Positions 32,579 through 43,788 of a DNA stretch of 64,000 nucleotides are shown here, one piece after another (positions within the stretch are counted from its first letter, which is position 1; the number at the start of each line of letters is the position of its first letter). Below the pieces are notes generated by a model. It had not been told where the DNA came from, ran no database searches, and was given only the letters and a program-made list of their open reading frames with translations. This stretch comes from Histomonas meleagridis 2922-C6/04-290x (taxonomy: Eukaryota; Protista; Parabasalia): the NCBI GenBank assembly GCA_020184695.1, contig JAANOX010000071.1:118313-182312 (forward strand), read 5' to 3'. A program made the translations under genes and the position numbers.

Positions 32579-33763
32579 TTAGTAGTAAACCATCACATAA
32601 ACAAAACATAATCCAACCAAAATTTTGTAAATATTCTTTGCATTCCATTTCAATCCATCTTCTGGCCAATTGTATCTTAACAACGCAAAAATTACCATCA
32701 ATGATAAAATTATGATTGTTATCTTATAATATCTTCTGTATTTTTGGAATTTATTCTTTGATGGCGCTGGGGTGCCCTGATCTGACGGTTTTGTATCGGC
32801 GTTGAGCTGCTCAATGTCTTTTCCGCAAACATCCTTAACAATTTGTTTGTACCAGCAATTGTAAAGAACATTAAACTCAGCAATCGTTTTGCTTTCAATG
32901 ATGCTCTTGACAAAAACAGATTCGCTCCAAACAATCTCGTAATACAAAATGAATTCAACAGAATCTCCATTATTGATATAAATCATTTGTACAAGAGGAT
33001 CAAAGTAAGCAGAATAAGGTGTAGCACCTAAATCTGAAAATGTACAAATAATATCCCTATCTTCAAAATGAAAAAGTTTATGAACTTCTGATACAAGAAT
33101 AAGGCTTTGCCCAATAACAGGAACAGAAACAAGTTTTTTGTATGTAAATGTTCTTTCATCGTGTGTCGGATATTGTGTCCAATCACTAATTACAACGTCT
33201 TCATCACCTGTTCCTTCGTATAGTTTTTGAAAAGATTCTTTTGTACATATGTATTGCATTACCTTTTCAAAAGGTGCTGGGATTTTGAATGAACATAAAA
33301 GATTTGGATTTTGGAGTTCCTCGTATTTCACTGTTTTTTGACCAAGTAATGAAAATCCATAAGTTGTTGATTGGCGAGTTTTTTGGTCTTTGAGTAGGTT
33401 GATGTATTCCTTAACTTGTTGAGCTTCTTGGAGAGCTGAAAAAACTAATGTTTTCTTTTGTGTATGAATTTCAAGGTTTTGAACTGTGTTTGCAAGATAC
33501 GCTTCAATCTTGATGTCTGTTATTTCAGAATATGGTATTTTTGACTCAGGACATTCTTCTCCATCAGAATATCTAAAAAGTAAGTTCTCTGTAAATAAAA
33601 TCAAGCTTCCATTGTGAGATACTTTTTGAACCAAAAAGCAAGGAAATTCCTGAATTGGAATCTGCGATGTCGAATCAGCGAAGCTCATATAAACTAAACG
33701 GTTGCCAATGCTGCCACTTTTTTGTAAATGCTTCCATTTCAAGAAATTCTGATTTAAATACAA
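32579..33763 (-). CDS. GRAM + VASt domain membrane protein (LAM/Aster-like); likely ATG at 33688
   Basis: GRAM-like FPCFL...GSLILFTENLLF; VASt-like DVVISDW...RTFTY...TPYSAYF...WSESVFVKSIIE; C-terminal TM helix. Confidence 0.8.
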   Translation of the reverse strand: MYLNQNFLKWKHLQKSGSIGNRLVYMSFADSTSQIPIQEFPCFLVQKVSHNGSLILFTENLLFRYSDGEECPESKIPYSEITDIKIEAYLANTVQNLEIHTQKKTLVFSALQEAQQVKEYINLLKDQKTRQSTTYGFSLLGQKTVKYEELQNPNLLCSFKIPAPFEKVMQYICTKESFQKLYEGTGDEDVVISDWTQYPTHDERTFTYKKLVSVPVIGQSLILVSEVHKLFHFEDRDIICTFSDLGATPYSAYFDPLVQMIYINNGDSVEFILYYEIVWSESVFVKSIIESKTIAEFNVLYNCWYKQIVKDVCGKDIEQLNADTKPSDQGTPAPSKNKFQKYRRYYKITIIILSLMVIFALLRYNWPEDGLKWNAKNIYKILVGLCFVYVMVYY

Positions 33764-34271
33764 TGCGTTTTATTTTGTAGTAAATCATTTGACTCAAATG
33801 ATTTAACCAAATAGTGCTTACCATTTTAAGTATTTTACCTTGGGCATTCAGATGCTACAAAAACCATACCGATAGATCAAGGGGGTTTGGTACCAGAAGT
33901 AGCAAAAAGTGACTACCTCCTACTGGTTGAAGTAAAAATCGAGCCAAAAAAACAATAATGGGATGCCTTTCCTGTAAAAAGCCGTTATCTTATGTGTAGG
34001 AGATGGTTTCAACTAAATGATAAAAATTTTGGGAAGGAACCATTTTGTCATGTCAACAAGAAATCCCTTTCAAAAATTTGCTTTACCAATGGTTCAACTT
34101 GCTTGGCAGTTCTTATTTCGGTTTTTTAACGGCATCGGTTCAAGGTTTGAATATGATGTAAAATGATATATTCACAAAATTGATAGGTTGTAAATGTAAA
34201 AGTCCTTCCAGTTTTGAGGGCTGAACAGTAAGCATATCAAAAAGTTTTAGATAGCCTCACTTAAACAAAAA

Positions 34272-36338
34272 ATGTTTATTTCCTGCTTTTTCCTTACATT
34301 TTCCAAAGAATTACAGCTATACGCATATTCTAATGACACATTTGCAAATGGGAAAGGCGGTGCTTATCTCAATTGGGAAGATAATGAAAAAGATGTTCAT
34401 TATAAAATATTTTTGAAAACGAAAGACAATCAGTGGGAACCACTCAGCACGCACAAGATTGGGACAGCCATAAAAGTTTTAAATATTTATCCATCAGAAA
34501 ATAAACTTGGTGCGAATGTGCAGTTAGATGAAGCAGTTAAAATTAATAATGTTACAATGAAATTTAATAAAGATCAAATGCAACACATATATCCAAAATC
34601 AGCTTCATTAAAAGTATGGATGGAAGGTGGATTCATGGATCAATTAACTCGGACCCCTTGGGTATTGATACCGAGTTGAAAGAGCAAATTATTGATGTAA
34701 CATTAAACTCAATTGATGAATTTGAAACGTCAGAAGAAAATTTTATTTATCAATTTGATGTTGTTGTTTTCGGATTTTGGGATTATAGCGGAGGTTTTTC
34801 TCTATCAACAGAAAAATCAAAAGGCATTGTAGAAAAATATATCAAAAATGGATATGGCTTTCTTGCTGGTCACGATTCAATCATTTTAGAATTCCTTGAT
34901 GATGATAATGATGATAAGCCAATCGGCTTAACCGCCATCAGAGATTTGTTTGGAATTGGTATCCACCAAAAAGAAGGAAGTTATGAAGGTGCGAAGTCTT
35001 CTGAAGTTGAAGTTCACAAACAAGGTCTCATCTTAAACTACCCGTGGGATCTTAATACAAGCCCAGAAGCAACAAATTTACTGGTCTCATACAGCGAAGC
35101 AAAATGCCGCTGGAGATATTTGGTATTCGTTTTCCGATAGTACCACTCAAATATCTGAAACAGAGAATTTTTATCTTACGACGTATGGAAACACAGCAAT
35201 GATCCAAACAGGACACAGCGAATGTAACGCAACAGAATTTGAAAGGAAAGTCCTTGCTAACACTATATTTTATCTTAAGCAAAGGACCAGTGAACACGAG
35301 TATGAAGAACATCACTATTCGATTGACAAAGCAAATCCAGAAATTATCAATATAACAATAGATCCAATTAATTATTTAGCAATAATTGAAGCATATGATG
35401 TTGGAACGTTATACACATTTAAAGTTGCATCATATAATAGTGAAGGCAAAGAAATTGATAATTCAGAAGCTGATGTTAATGTTACTACGGGAATCAAATG
35501 TTATAAATATCTAATTAACGAAAATTCTAAATGTGATGTAGAAACTATGGTAAACATAGCATATAATAATACTATTAAATTTACTACAGAAGATATTGTT
35601 TATCAAAGATATCTTCATGTTGCTCCTGTTGACAAAGCAGATAACATAGGAAAAGCCATTAGCATTCGACTTAATTTCTCTACGAATACATTTTCACAAT
35701 CGAATACATTTTCTCAATCAAATACATATACGCAATCAAATACATATACGCAGTCGAACACGTATTCACATTCAAATACGTTTTCCAGATCAAACACTTA
35801 TTCACAATCAAATACATTTTCGGATTCGAATACATTTTCTCAATCAAACTCGTTCACGGAGTCCAATTCATTCACTTCATCATTTCAATTTGGTGCTTCG
35901 CTCAGTTTTTCATACATTCTCACTATCTATTCATCCGACATAAGTTCACTTACACAAATCTTCCGCTCTCAGCATTTGTCAGGTTCGACCTTCATATTTT
36001 ATGAGTATTCGGTCATTCGCATGACGACGATCATTAGCTTTTATTCAGGCTATTACACAATTGTATTTCCGTCTTTGTATTACACGAATGATGTACCTGT
36101 TTTGGATAACAAAGGAGTGCTCATCGGTATAATATGTGGATCAATAGCAATTGTTTTGATTATTGTTGGAGTTATAATTTGGTTGTTTAGAATAGGTAAA
36201 AAAGATAATTCATACTCGGGAATGAACGAAAGACTGAGTGACTCATTTGGCTCCGATATACATAAGCAACAAGAACAACATGAAATGTTAAAAACCATTG
36301 GAGAAATGGCAAAGGAAGACGATGATCAATGGATGTAA
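34272..36338 (+). pseudogene. Type I membrane protein with a bacterial-like extracellular module (recalled as DUF5057-like), split by two frameshifts
   Basis: Three consecutive ORFs join into one protein: signal peptide, IKVLNIYP, SASLKVWMEGG, FDVVVFGFWD, AGHD, NTAMIQTGHS...ERKVLANTIFYLKQ, S/T stalk, TM helix GIICGSIAIVLIIVGVIIWLF. Confidence 0.75.
35682..35877 (+). repeat. 18-nt coding repeat (SNT[F/Y]S[Q]) forming an S/T-rich stalk, about 11 copies
   Basis: FSQSNTFSQSNTYTQSNTYTQSNTYSHSNT... Confidence 0.85.
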
Positions 36339-37298
36339 TCTATAGATTATAAAATAAAGTACATTTAGTGTTTATTCTTAATTTTGTTATTTGTTGTGTG
36401 CTAAGTATTAAATTTGAGTGATTGTTAATTTGTAAAATGGATTTGTAAAATTTTTAAAAGCTGGATAGGAATATGTTAAAAATTTATTTAAATTTACAAA
36501 TAAAATTTTTATAACGAACAGGAAGCAAGCATCCAGTAAAGTAAACGAAATATATATAAATTCTATTTTTCTAGATAAATATAAGAATATTTTTTAGTCA
36601 TAAAAAACATATCGTACTTTATTTCTTTCATCTTATGGTTTTTCATAGGTTGTAGAACCCAAAATTGATTCGAATTTTTTAATGATATGACAATTGGTTC
36701 ATATTTAGAATTTATATAAGTTTTCGATTTATTAGCTTATCGGCCCAGAACAATTAATATTAATGCTAGATATTCTTATCAGTTTTATTCAAAATCAATT
36801 TCTAGAAACAATATCTAAATTTGAGTTGAATCTCTCTTATTCATTTGAAATTCTGATTTATTTTTTTATTAATAAAAAAACGACTTTTTTAATTTTATTC
36901 GAGGTCATATACACAAGATTTGAATGAGTTATCAAATTTTAATACTTTACAAAAAAAATTTATCAAGAAAAAAATAGCGAGCTTGAGAAGGGTAAACACA
37001 ATACTTCCAGAAAAGGAGAAAAATTGAAGAGGAATTTAATTTCTTTGAACTACTGCTTTAGTGTTAGTTAAGGATATTAAGTCTTCTTCGATATGCGATA
37101 ATGTTCTTTTTTTAATAAAATTTATTTTTTGACTTTATAAAAAAAAAATAAAGAAAATTTGGTTACCAAAAGAACTTTTTTGTGTCATTTTCAGTTTCAA
37201 CATGTTAAGGGATTTGAAGATAATTTTCTGAGTTTTACGAAGCATATTTCACATGAACTCAAATTTTCTCTACTAACCGTTTATTAGGATTTTTAACA

Positions 37299-40200
37299 TT
37301 GGGAGGAAATATTTCACACGAGAAAGTTCAAACCAAAGGAATTGATAAAACGGAAGTTACTATAGAAGTATTACAGCAAATCGAAAAGCTTATTTTTGAA
37401 GTGAATGAAAATAATATTTCAAAAACAGTTGAATCAATATTAGTATTCGAAAATAATCAGTTTCCTTTTTCATTTAAACTTTTGATATGTCAAATGATAT
37501 ATGTATATTATATATCAGGAAATTATAATATTAACATAATTTGTGAATTTTTAAGACAATTTCAAATCAAAAAAGAAGAAAATAAAGAAACAAAAAATAA
37601 AATTATAAATATTTTTGAATATTTTCTAATTTGTACTGAAACACAAGAATCTTATTATATTCTTTATAAATTACTTGAAAATAAGTTAATTAAAGAAAAA
37701 ATGTCTGTAATTAAAAACTCATTATATTTTCTTCAATGCATTCCAAAAGAAGAAATATGTCAAACAAAATCCAATTTTCAAAATGAAATTATAAATAATT
37801 ATGAAAAACTTTCACAAAATGATTTTAAGCTTCATAAACAATTCATTGAAGAAGGACATAATCCAAATGAAATTGCAAAAATAATTCGAAATGATGAAAT
37901 TGAAAAACTTCAAGAAATAACATCGCAAAGTGATTTTAACATTAATCAAAAAATCGAACCATCACTTTATGAAAGATGTTCTTTTATTAATGAAGAAGTT
38001 TCATTGATTTATTATGCAGCATTTTTTTCATCAGTTAAATGTTTTAAATATTTACTTATAAATGGTGCTAAAACAAAATATATAGGCAAATATGCAATTG
38101 CAGGTGGAAATGAAGAAATCATTCATTTATGTGAACAAAATCATTCATCATTTAGAGGCTCATATGAAATATCAATAAAATTTCCTTCATTGGAAACAGG
38201 AAATATATTCATTCTACAATATTTCCTGAAAATAAATTCATTTCCATTAAATATTTACGATATTTCATCCATTTATAATAATAAAGAACTTTTTAATTAC
38301 TTAATTACTGAAAATATTTTTGATATTAATCAGAAAACTATATATTTCTTTCATTCAATGTTTATGTAAATGATTTATATAAAAATATTATTTGAAAATT
38401 CTTTAAATTTTTTGGAACAGCATTAATGTTTGCAATAGAAAATGGTAAAAATGAATTAGTTAAATTACTACTTAAACAAAAAGGGATTGATATTAATACA
38501 AAAAATATTTAATTTTTAAACTTAATGCTTGTTTTAATAATTTGGAAATTCAAAATAATATTTGGAAATTATTATAATTATTTAAAACAGCACTTATTAG
38601 AGCATCTGAAAATGGTTATACAGAAATCGTTAAATTACTTCTTGAACAAAAAGGAATTGATATTAATGCTAAAAGTATTTATTTGTTTTATATGTTATTT
38701 ATTTTAATAATTTAATATTTTAAAATAATATTTGGAAATTATATAAATTATTTTGGACAGCACTTATGTTTGCATCTGGAAAAGGTTATATAGAAATAGT
38801 TAAATCACTTCTTGAACAAAAAGGAATTGATATTAATGCTAAAGACATTTATTTGTTTTATTTAAAATTTATTTTAATAATTTTTTATTTCAAAATAATA
38901 TTTGGAAATTATTTAATTTTTTTACGGCACTTGTGAAAGCATCTGAAAAAGGTCATACAGAAATAGTTAAATTACTTCTTGAACAAAAAGGAATTGATAT
39001 TAATGCTAAAAGTATTTATTTGTTTTATATGTTATTTATTTTAATAATTTAATATTTTAAAAGAATATGTGAAAATTATATAAATTATTTTGGACAGCAC
39101 TTATGTTTGCATCTGGAAATGGTTATATAGAAATAGTTAAATTACTTCTTGAACAAAAAGGAATTGATATTAATGCTAAAGACATTTATTTGTTTTAATT
39201 AAAATTTATTTTTATAATTTGGAAATTCAAAATAACATTTGGAAATTATTTAATTTTTTTACGGCACTTGTGAAAGCATCTGAAAGAGGTCATACAGAAA
39301 TAGTTAAATTACTTCTTGAACAAAAAGGAATTGATATTAATGCTAAAGACATTTATTTGTTTTATTTAAAATTTATTTTAATAATTTTTTATTTCAAAAT
39401 AATATTTGGAAATTATTTAATTTTTTTACGGCACTTGTGAAAGCATCTGAAAAAGGTCATACAGAAATAGTTAAATTACTTCTTGAACAAAAAGGAATTG
39501 ATATTAATACTAAAGACATTTATATGTTTTATTTGTTTTAATTTTGATCATTATAATATTTTAAAAGAATATGTGAAAATTATATAAATTATTTAAAACA
39601 GCACTTATTAGAGCATCTGAAAATGGTTATACAGAAATCGTTAAATTACTTCTTGAACAAAAAGGAATTGATATTAATACTAAAAGTATTTATTTGTTTT
39701 ATTTGAAATTTATTTTAATAATTTCTTATTTCAAAATAATATTTGGAAATTATATAAATTATTTTGGACAGCACTTATGTTTGCATCTGGAAAAGGTTAT
39801 ATAGAAATAGTTAAATCACTTCTTGAACAAAAAGGAATTGATATTAATGCTAAAAGTATTTATTTGTTTTATTTAAAATTTATTTTAATAATTTTTTATT
39901 TCAAAATAATATTTGGAAATTATTTAATTTTTTTACGGCACTTATTTTAGCATCCTCAAGTGGTCATACAGAAATCGTTAAATTACTTCTTGAACAAGAA
40001 GGAATTGATATTAATGCTAAAGACATTTATATGTTTTATTGGTTTTAATTTTGATCATTATAATATTTTAAAAGAATATGTGAAAATTATATAAATTATT
40101 TGAAACAGCACTTATGTTTGCATCTGGAAAAGGTCATATAGAAATAGTTAAATTACTTCTTGAACAAAAAGGAATTGATATTAATACTGTTAATACTTAT

Positions 40201-41382
40201 TCTTTTCCTTTCATATTTATTTGAATAATTTTGGATTTCAAAGTTTGATTCAATAAATGCTCAAAATATTTGAAACAGCATTAACACTCGCATCTTGTAA
40301 TGGCCACACAGATGTAATCGTAATGCTTCTCAAACAAAAAGGAATTGCTGTTAATACCAAAAATATTTCTTTATTTTATATAACATTAATTTTAATTATT
40401 TTATATTTCAAAATAATATTTGGAAATTATTTAAATTATTTAGAACAGCACTTATGTTTGCATCTGGAAAAGGTCATATAGAAATAGTTAAATTACTTCT
40501 TGAACAAGAAGGAATCGATATTAATATGAAAAATGTCTAATTAAAATGTAAAATATTTCAAATATAGTTTTGATATAACATAAAATAATATGGAAATTAA
40601 ATTAAATTATTAAAACATCACTAATATGTGCAACAGAAGAAGGATATATTGAAATAGTAAAAAATCTTCTAGAACAAAAAGGAATTGATATTAATTCACA
40701 AGATATTATATTAAATAATAACGAATCTCAAAAAATATTTTAATGATATTATTAAATGTTACATATTTAAATTAATTAAATAAATCATCACTTATATTGG
40801 CATCAGAAAAAGGTTATTTCGAAATAGTTCAGATACTACTTGAACAAAAAAGGATTAATATTAATATAAAAGATGTTTCAATGGATTAATTAATATTTCA
40901 ATTAACAATTTTGTGATTTAAAAGAAAATTTGGAAAGTATTTTCAATATATTTTACTCCACTTATTTGGGCATCTATTAATGGACATTTCAAAATAGTAC
41001 AAATATTACTTAAACAAAAAAGCATTGATATTAATGCCAAAAATTTATGCTTTTTCTTATATAATATTTATATGAATCTTTTTATATTTCCAAATTATTT
41101 TTGGAGTTTCTTTAAATATTTGAAAACAGCTCTTATAAAAGCAATTGAAAATGAACATGTTAAAGTCATTAAATTACTATTAAAAAATGATAATATTGAT
41201 ATAAATATTAATGATGTTAAAATGATTTAAATGATTTTCATATTAAATATTTAAAATTTTAAGATAATTTTTGGAATTTATTAAAATTAAAAGAAACGGC
41301 TCTTATGCATGCAACAAAAAAAGGAAACACAGAAATTGTCAAATTACTAGCAAAATATAAACGAAAAACAAGTAAAAAATAA
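37299..41382 (+). CDS. DUF3447-type ankyrin protein with 18 insert-interrupted ankyrin modules; start codon uncertain
   Basis: DUF3447-like region (IIRNDEIEKLQE...YYAAFFSSVKCFKYLL), then 17 stop-free 90-nt modules and a terminal module ending KRKTSKK* at 41380-41382. No in-frame ATG near 37299. Confidence 0.65.
38340..41295 (+). repeat. Tandem array with 167-171 nt period (90-nt ankyrin module + 77/80/81-nt AT-rich insert)
   Basis: Modules start at 38417, 38587, 38757, 38924, 39094, 39261, 39428, 39598, 39768, 39935, 40105, 40275, 40445, 40615, 40785, 40955, 41126 and 41296. Confidence 0.95.
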
Positions 41383-42067
41383 TATATTTTATATATATGA
41401 AAATGTCTTTATATAAAAATTTTGTATTTAAATAGATCCTACTTTAATTCAAAATGTTTAACAACACATTGCAAAGATACATGTTTTTTCAATTGAAATT
41501 GACGTAAATTTACATATAAATCCCAAAATATAAGATAACAATATTTTTGATCTATTAGAAAATCATTTAACAATTAAAAATTCAACGAATGGGAATCAAC
41601 ATAATGGATAGAGCTTTTGCTCGTGGAATTTCGAACATAAATTAGGTACCTACATTATAACTACATCAAGATTAACTAACATGGTTGGACGAAAAATTAC
41701 TTCAAGACATCATACAAAATTAGGTACCAAGTAAAATTCTTTTCAATCTTTTCTTTATATTGTTTGTGAATATTATATATCAAGGAATTGATTCGTTATT
41801 CCTTATATCCTAAAATAATCATTATTTTGCTTTTAAAAAGTGCTATATCTTTGATAAATTTAAAGGAAAGTGACAAAATTCAAATGAAGTGGAGAAATTT
41901 TAAAAAATCATTATATCTTAATCTAAATTTGTTTAAATCTATTTATATGCTATTAATTGAAATACACTTGGAACAATATAAATAATTTCGAATTTTCAAA
42001 AAAATCTATAAGAAAGAAAATTGGTTGGCACCTTTTTGTAATGAGTTGAAATGACTCATTTTTCCAC

Positions 42068-43300
42068 ATGAAACGAAAGAAACATTGCAACTGGGAAACA
42101 CTTTTATCAATAAATCAAGCAATTTTTGGTTTGAGCGAAGAAAATTTCTCTAGATCTTTAGGTTTAATAATCAACAAATTTAATGAAATCCATCCATTAT
42201 CTTATGATTTAATGATTATATTATTCCTTTGTAATTAAAAATAATAATGTGGATTTATTTTTGAATATTATAAAAGAAATAAGAACATTTGAAGAAAGTC
42301 ATAAAATCAAATCCAATATATTTGATATATTTGGGCGATTTCTTATCAAACATACATATGAATCAGAATCATCTTATCTTCTTGAAGTTATGATTGAGCA
42401 TAATTTTCATGAACCAAACATTGTAAAAAACAGCAAGAGTGCTTATTTTGTACATTATATGTCTAAAGATAAATTAACAATCCATTTAAGGGATGATAAA
42501 TTTGTTAGAGCCTTATCAAATTATGAAGAACTTTCAAAGAATGATTGGGAATTACATTTGCAATTAATTAGAGAAGGACATAATCCAAATGAAATTGCAA
42601 AAATAATTCGAAATGATGAAATAGAAAAACTTCAAGAAATATCATCACAAAATGATTTTAATTTTAATCAAACAATTGAATCATCACTTCATGAAAGATG
42701 CTCTTTTATTAATACTTATGATATTGGATTAATTACTTATTCAGCATTCTTTGGATCTATTAAATGTTTCAAATATTTACTTATGAATGGTGCAAATGTA
42801 GAAAACACAGGTAAATATGCAGTTGCATGTGGTAATGAAGAAATTATTCATTTATGTGAACAAAATCATGCATCATTTGAATGTGCATATGAAACAGCAA
42901 TCAAATATCATCGAAATGATATATTTAAATATTTTTATGATAATAAATTAAAAGAAATCAATAATTTGGAAGAATTAGGTGTTAAATGTATTTTATATCA
43001 TAATTATGAAATATTTTCATTTTTACTTAAAGAAGGAATGAAAATCAATGATGATATTATTAATGAAGCAGCAATTATTGGAAATATTTTTTTAGTTGAA
43101 TATTTTCTTAAAGATCATTCAATTCCGCATGATATTTTGGTGTTTTCAGCTGAATCAGTAAATATTGAACTTGTTGAATACGTTTTAAAACAAAAAGGAA
43201 TTGATATTAATGCTTCAAATATTTGTTTGTTTTATTTGAAATTTATTATAATAATTTCTTATTTCAAAATAATATTTGGAAATTTTTATATGATAATGAA
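42068..43300 (+). pseudogene. DUF3447-type ankyrin paralog; frameshift near 42228; loses family similarity inside its first insert
   Basis: ATG at 42068 opens family-like QAIFGLSEENF; the main ORF 42249-43484 has the DUF3447-like core and ends GIDINASN followed by insert sequence. Confidence 0.7.
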
Positions 43301-43788
43301 TTTGAATTCTGAATTTTTTATTGATATAATTTCATCAAATCAAAACAAGAAAACTTATATTGCTGATGATAATTTTAATATTGGCTGTAATTTATGTTTT
43401 TTTCTAAATGAATTAATAATCTTTCATATGAATTACCAAAGGAATGTATTCGACATTATGAAAACGTTACCAAATTTATTGTAATGCATTATTTTTGGGA
43501 TTAATCCAAAATTTATCTTTATACATTTAACTGTTTTCCTGTTCAAATTTCTTAAAAAAGAGACTCTATCAAATGAACCAAGAGTACCCAACATAATGCG
43601 CCCTATGAATATTTCAAAAAAGAAATCTTTGTGTTTGCATTCTCATCAATTTTTTTTTTTGTTTCCTAGAATTATCATATAATTAATGAACTAAATATAG
43701 AACTAACGAAAGTTTTGGACACACAAAAAAATCAATTATTAAAATTTGTTATTAAAATAAAGTCAATTTCAAATTTTAAAAATTAAAA

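Noticed and set aside
33781-33805. Perfect palindrome with 12-bp arms (TAAATCATTTGA-C-TCAAATGATTTA)
   Set aside because: Single occurrence in very AT-rich DNA; plausible by chance.
33840-34200. GC-richer intergenic islands (also about 2940-3400, 41590-41730, 45290-45460)
   Set aside because: Probably decayed coding fragments, but no frame, family or structure could be supported from sequence alone.
37272-37287. Canonical trichomonad intron 3' end (ACTAAC...AG) that might supply a start for the 37299 gene
   Set aside because: Branch-to-AG spacing is longer than the conserved 12-nt motif, and no matching 5' site or upstream exon was identified.
38677-38756. Simple direct-repeat (TTATTT) excision or matched-codon hop at insert ends
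   Set aside because: Aligning the shared TTATTT leaves 11 rather than 12 linker nucleotides, which is out of frame; a matched take-off/landing codon model is not directly supported.
38525-40481. Small ORFs 38525-38707, 39219-39440 and 40257-40481 (also 27327-27539, 28399-28608, 55381-55674)
   Set aside because: Chance read-throughs of insert plus module within the ankyrin arrays, not independent genes.
38340-41295. Ankyrin inserts as ordinary GT-AG introns, using the AG in ACA-G of the TAL codons
   Set aside because: Several modules start ACG GCA, TCA TCA or ACT CCA with no AG. The available GT positions give frameshifts or delete the conserved linker and Ala. Many inserts contain no AG, and none has an ACTAAC branch motif.
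38340-41295. Inserts as U12-type AT-AC introns
   Set aside because: The only nearby AC is in the Thr codon; using it destroys the conserved Thr or creates a stop or frameshift, and there is no ATATCC 5' consensus.
38340-41295. CRISPR-like repeat-spacer array
   Set aside because: The constant part is a 90-nt protein-coding ankyrin module, the spacers are homologous to each other, the genome is eukaryotic, and there are no cas genes.
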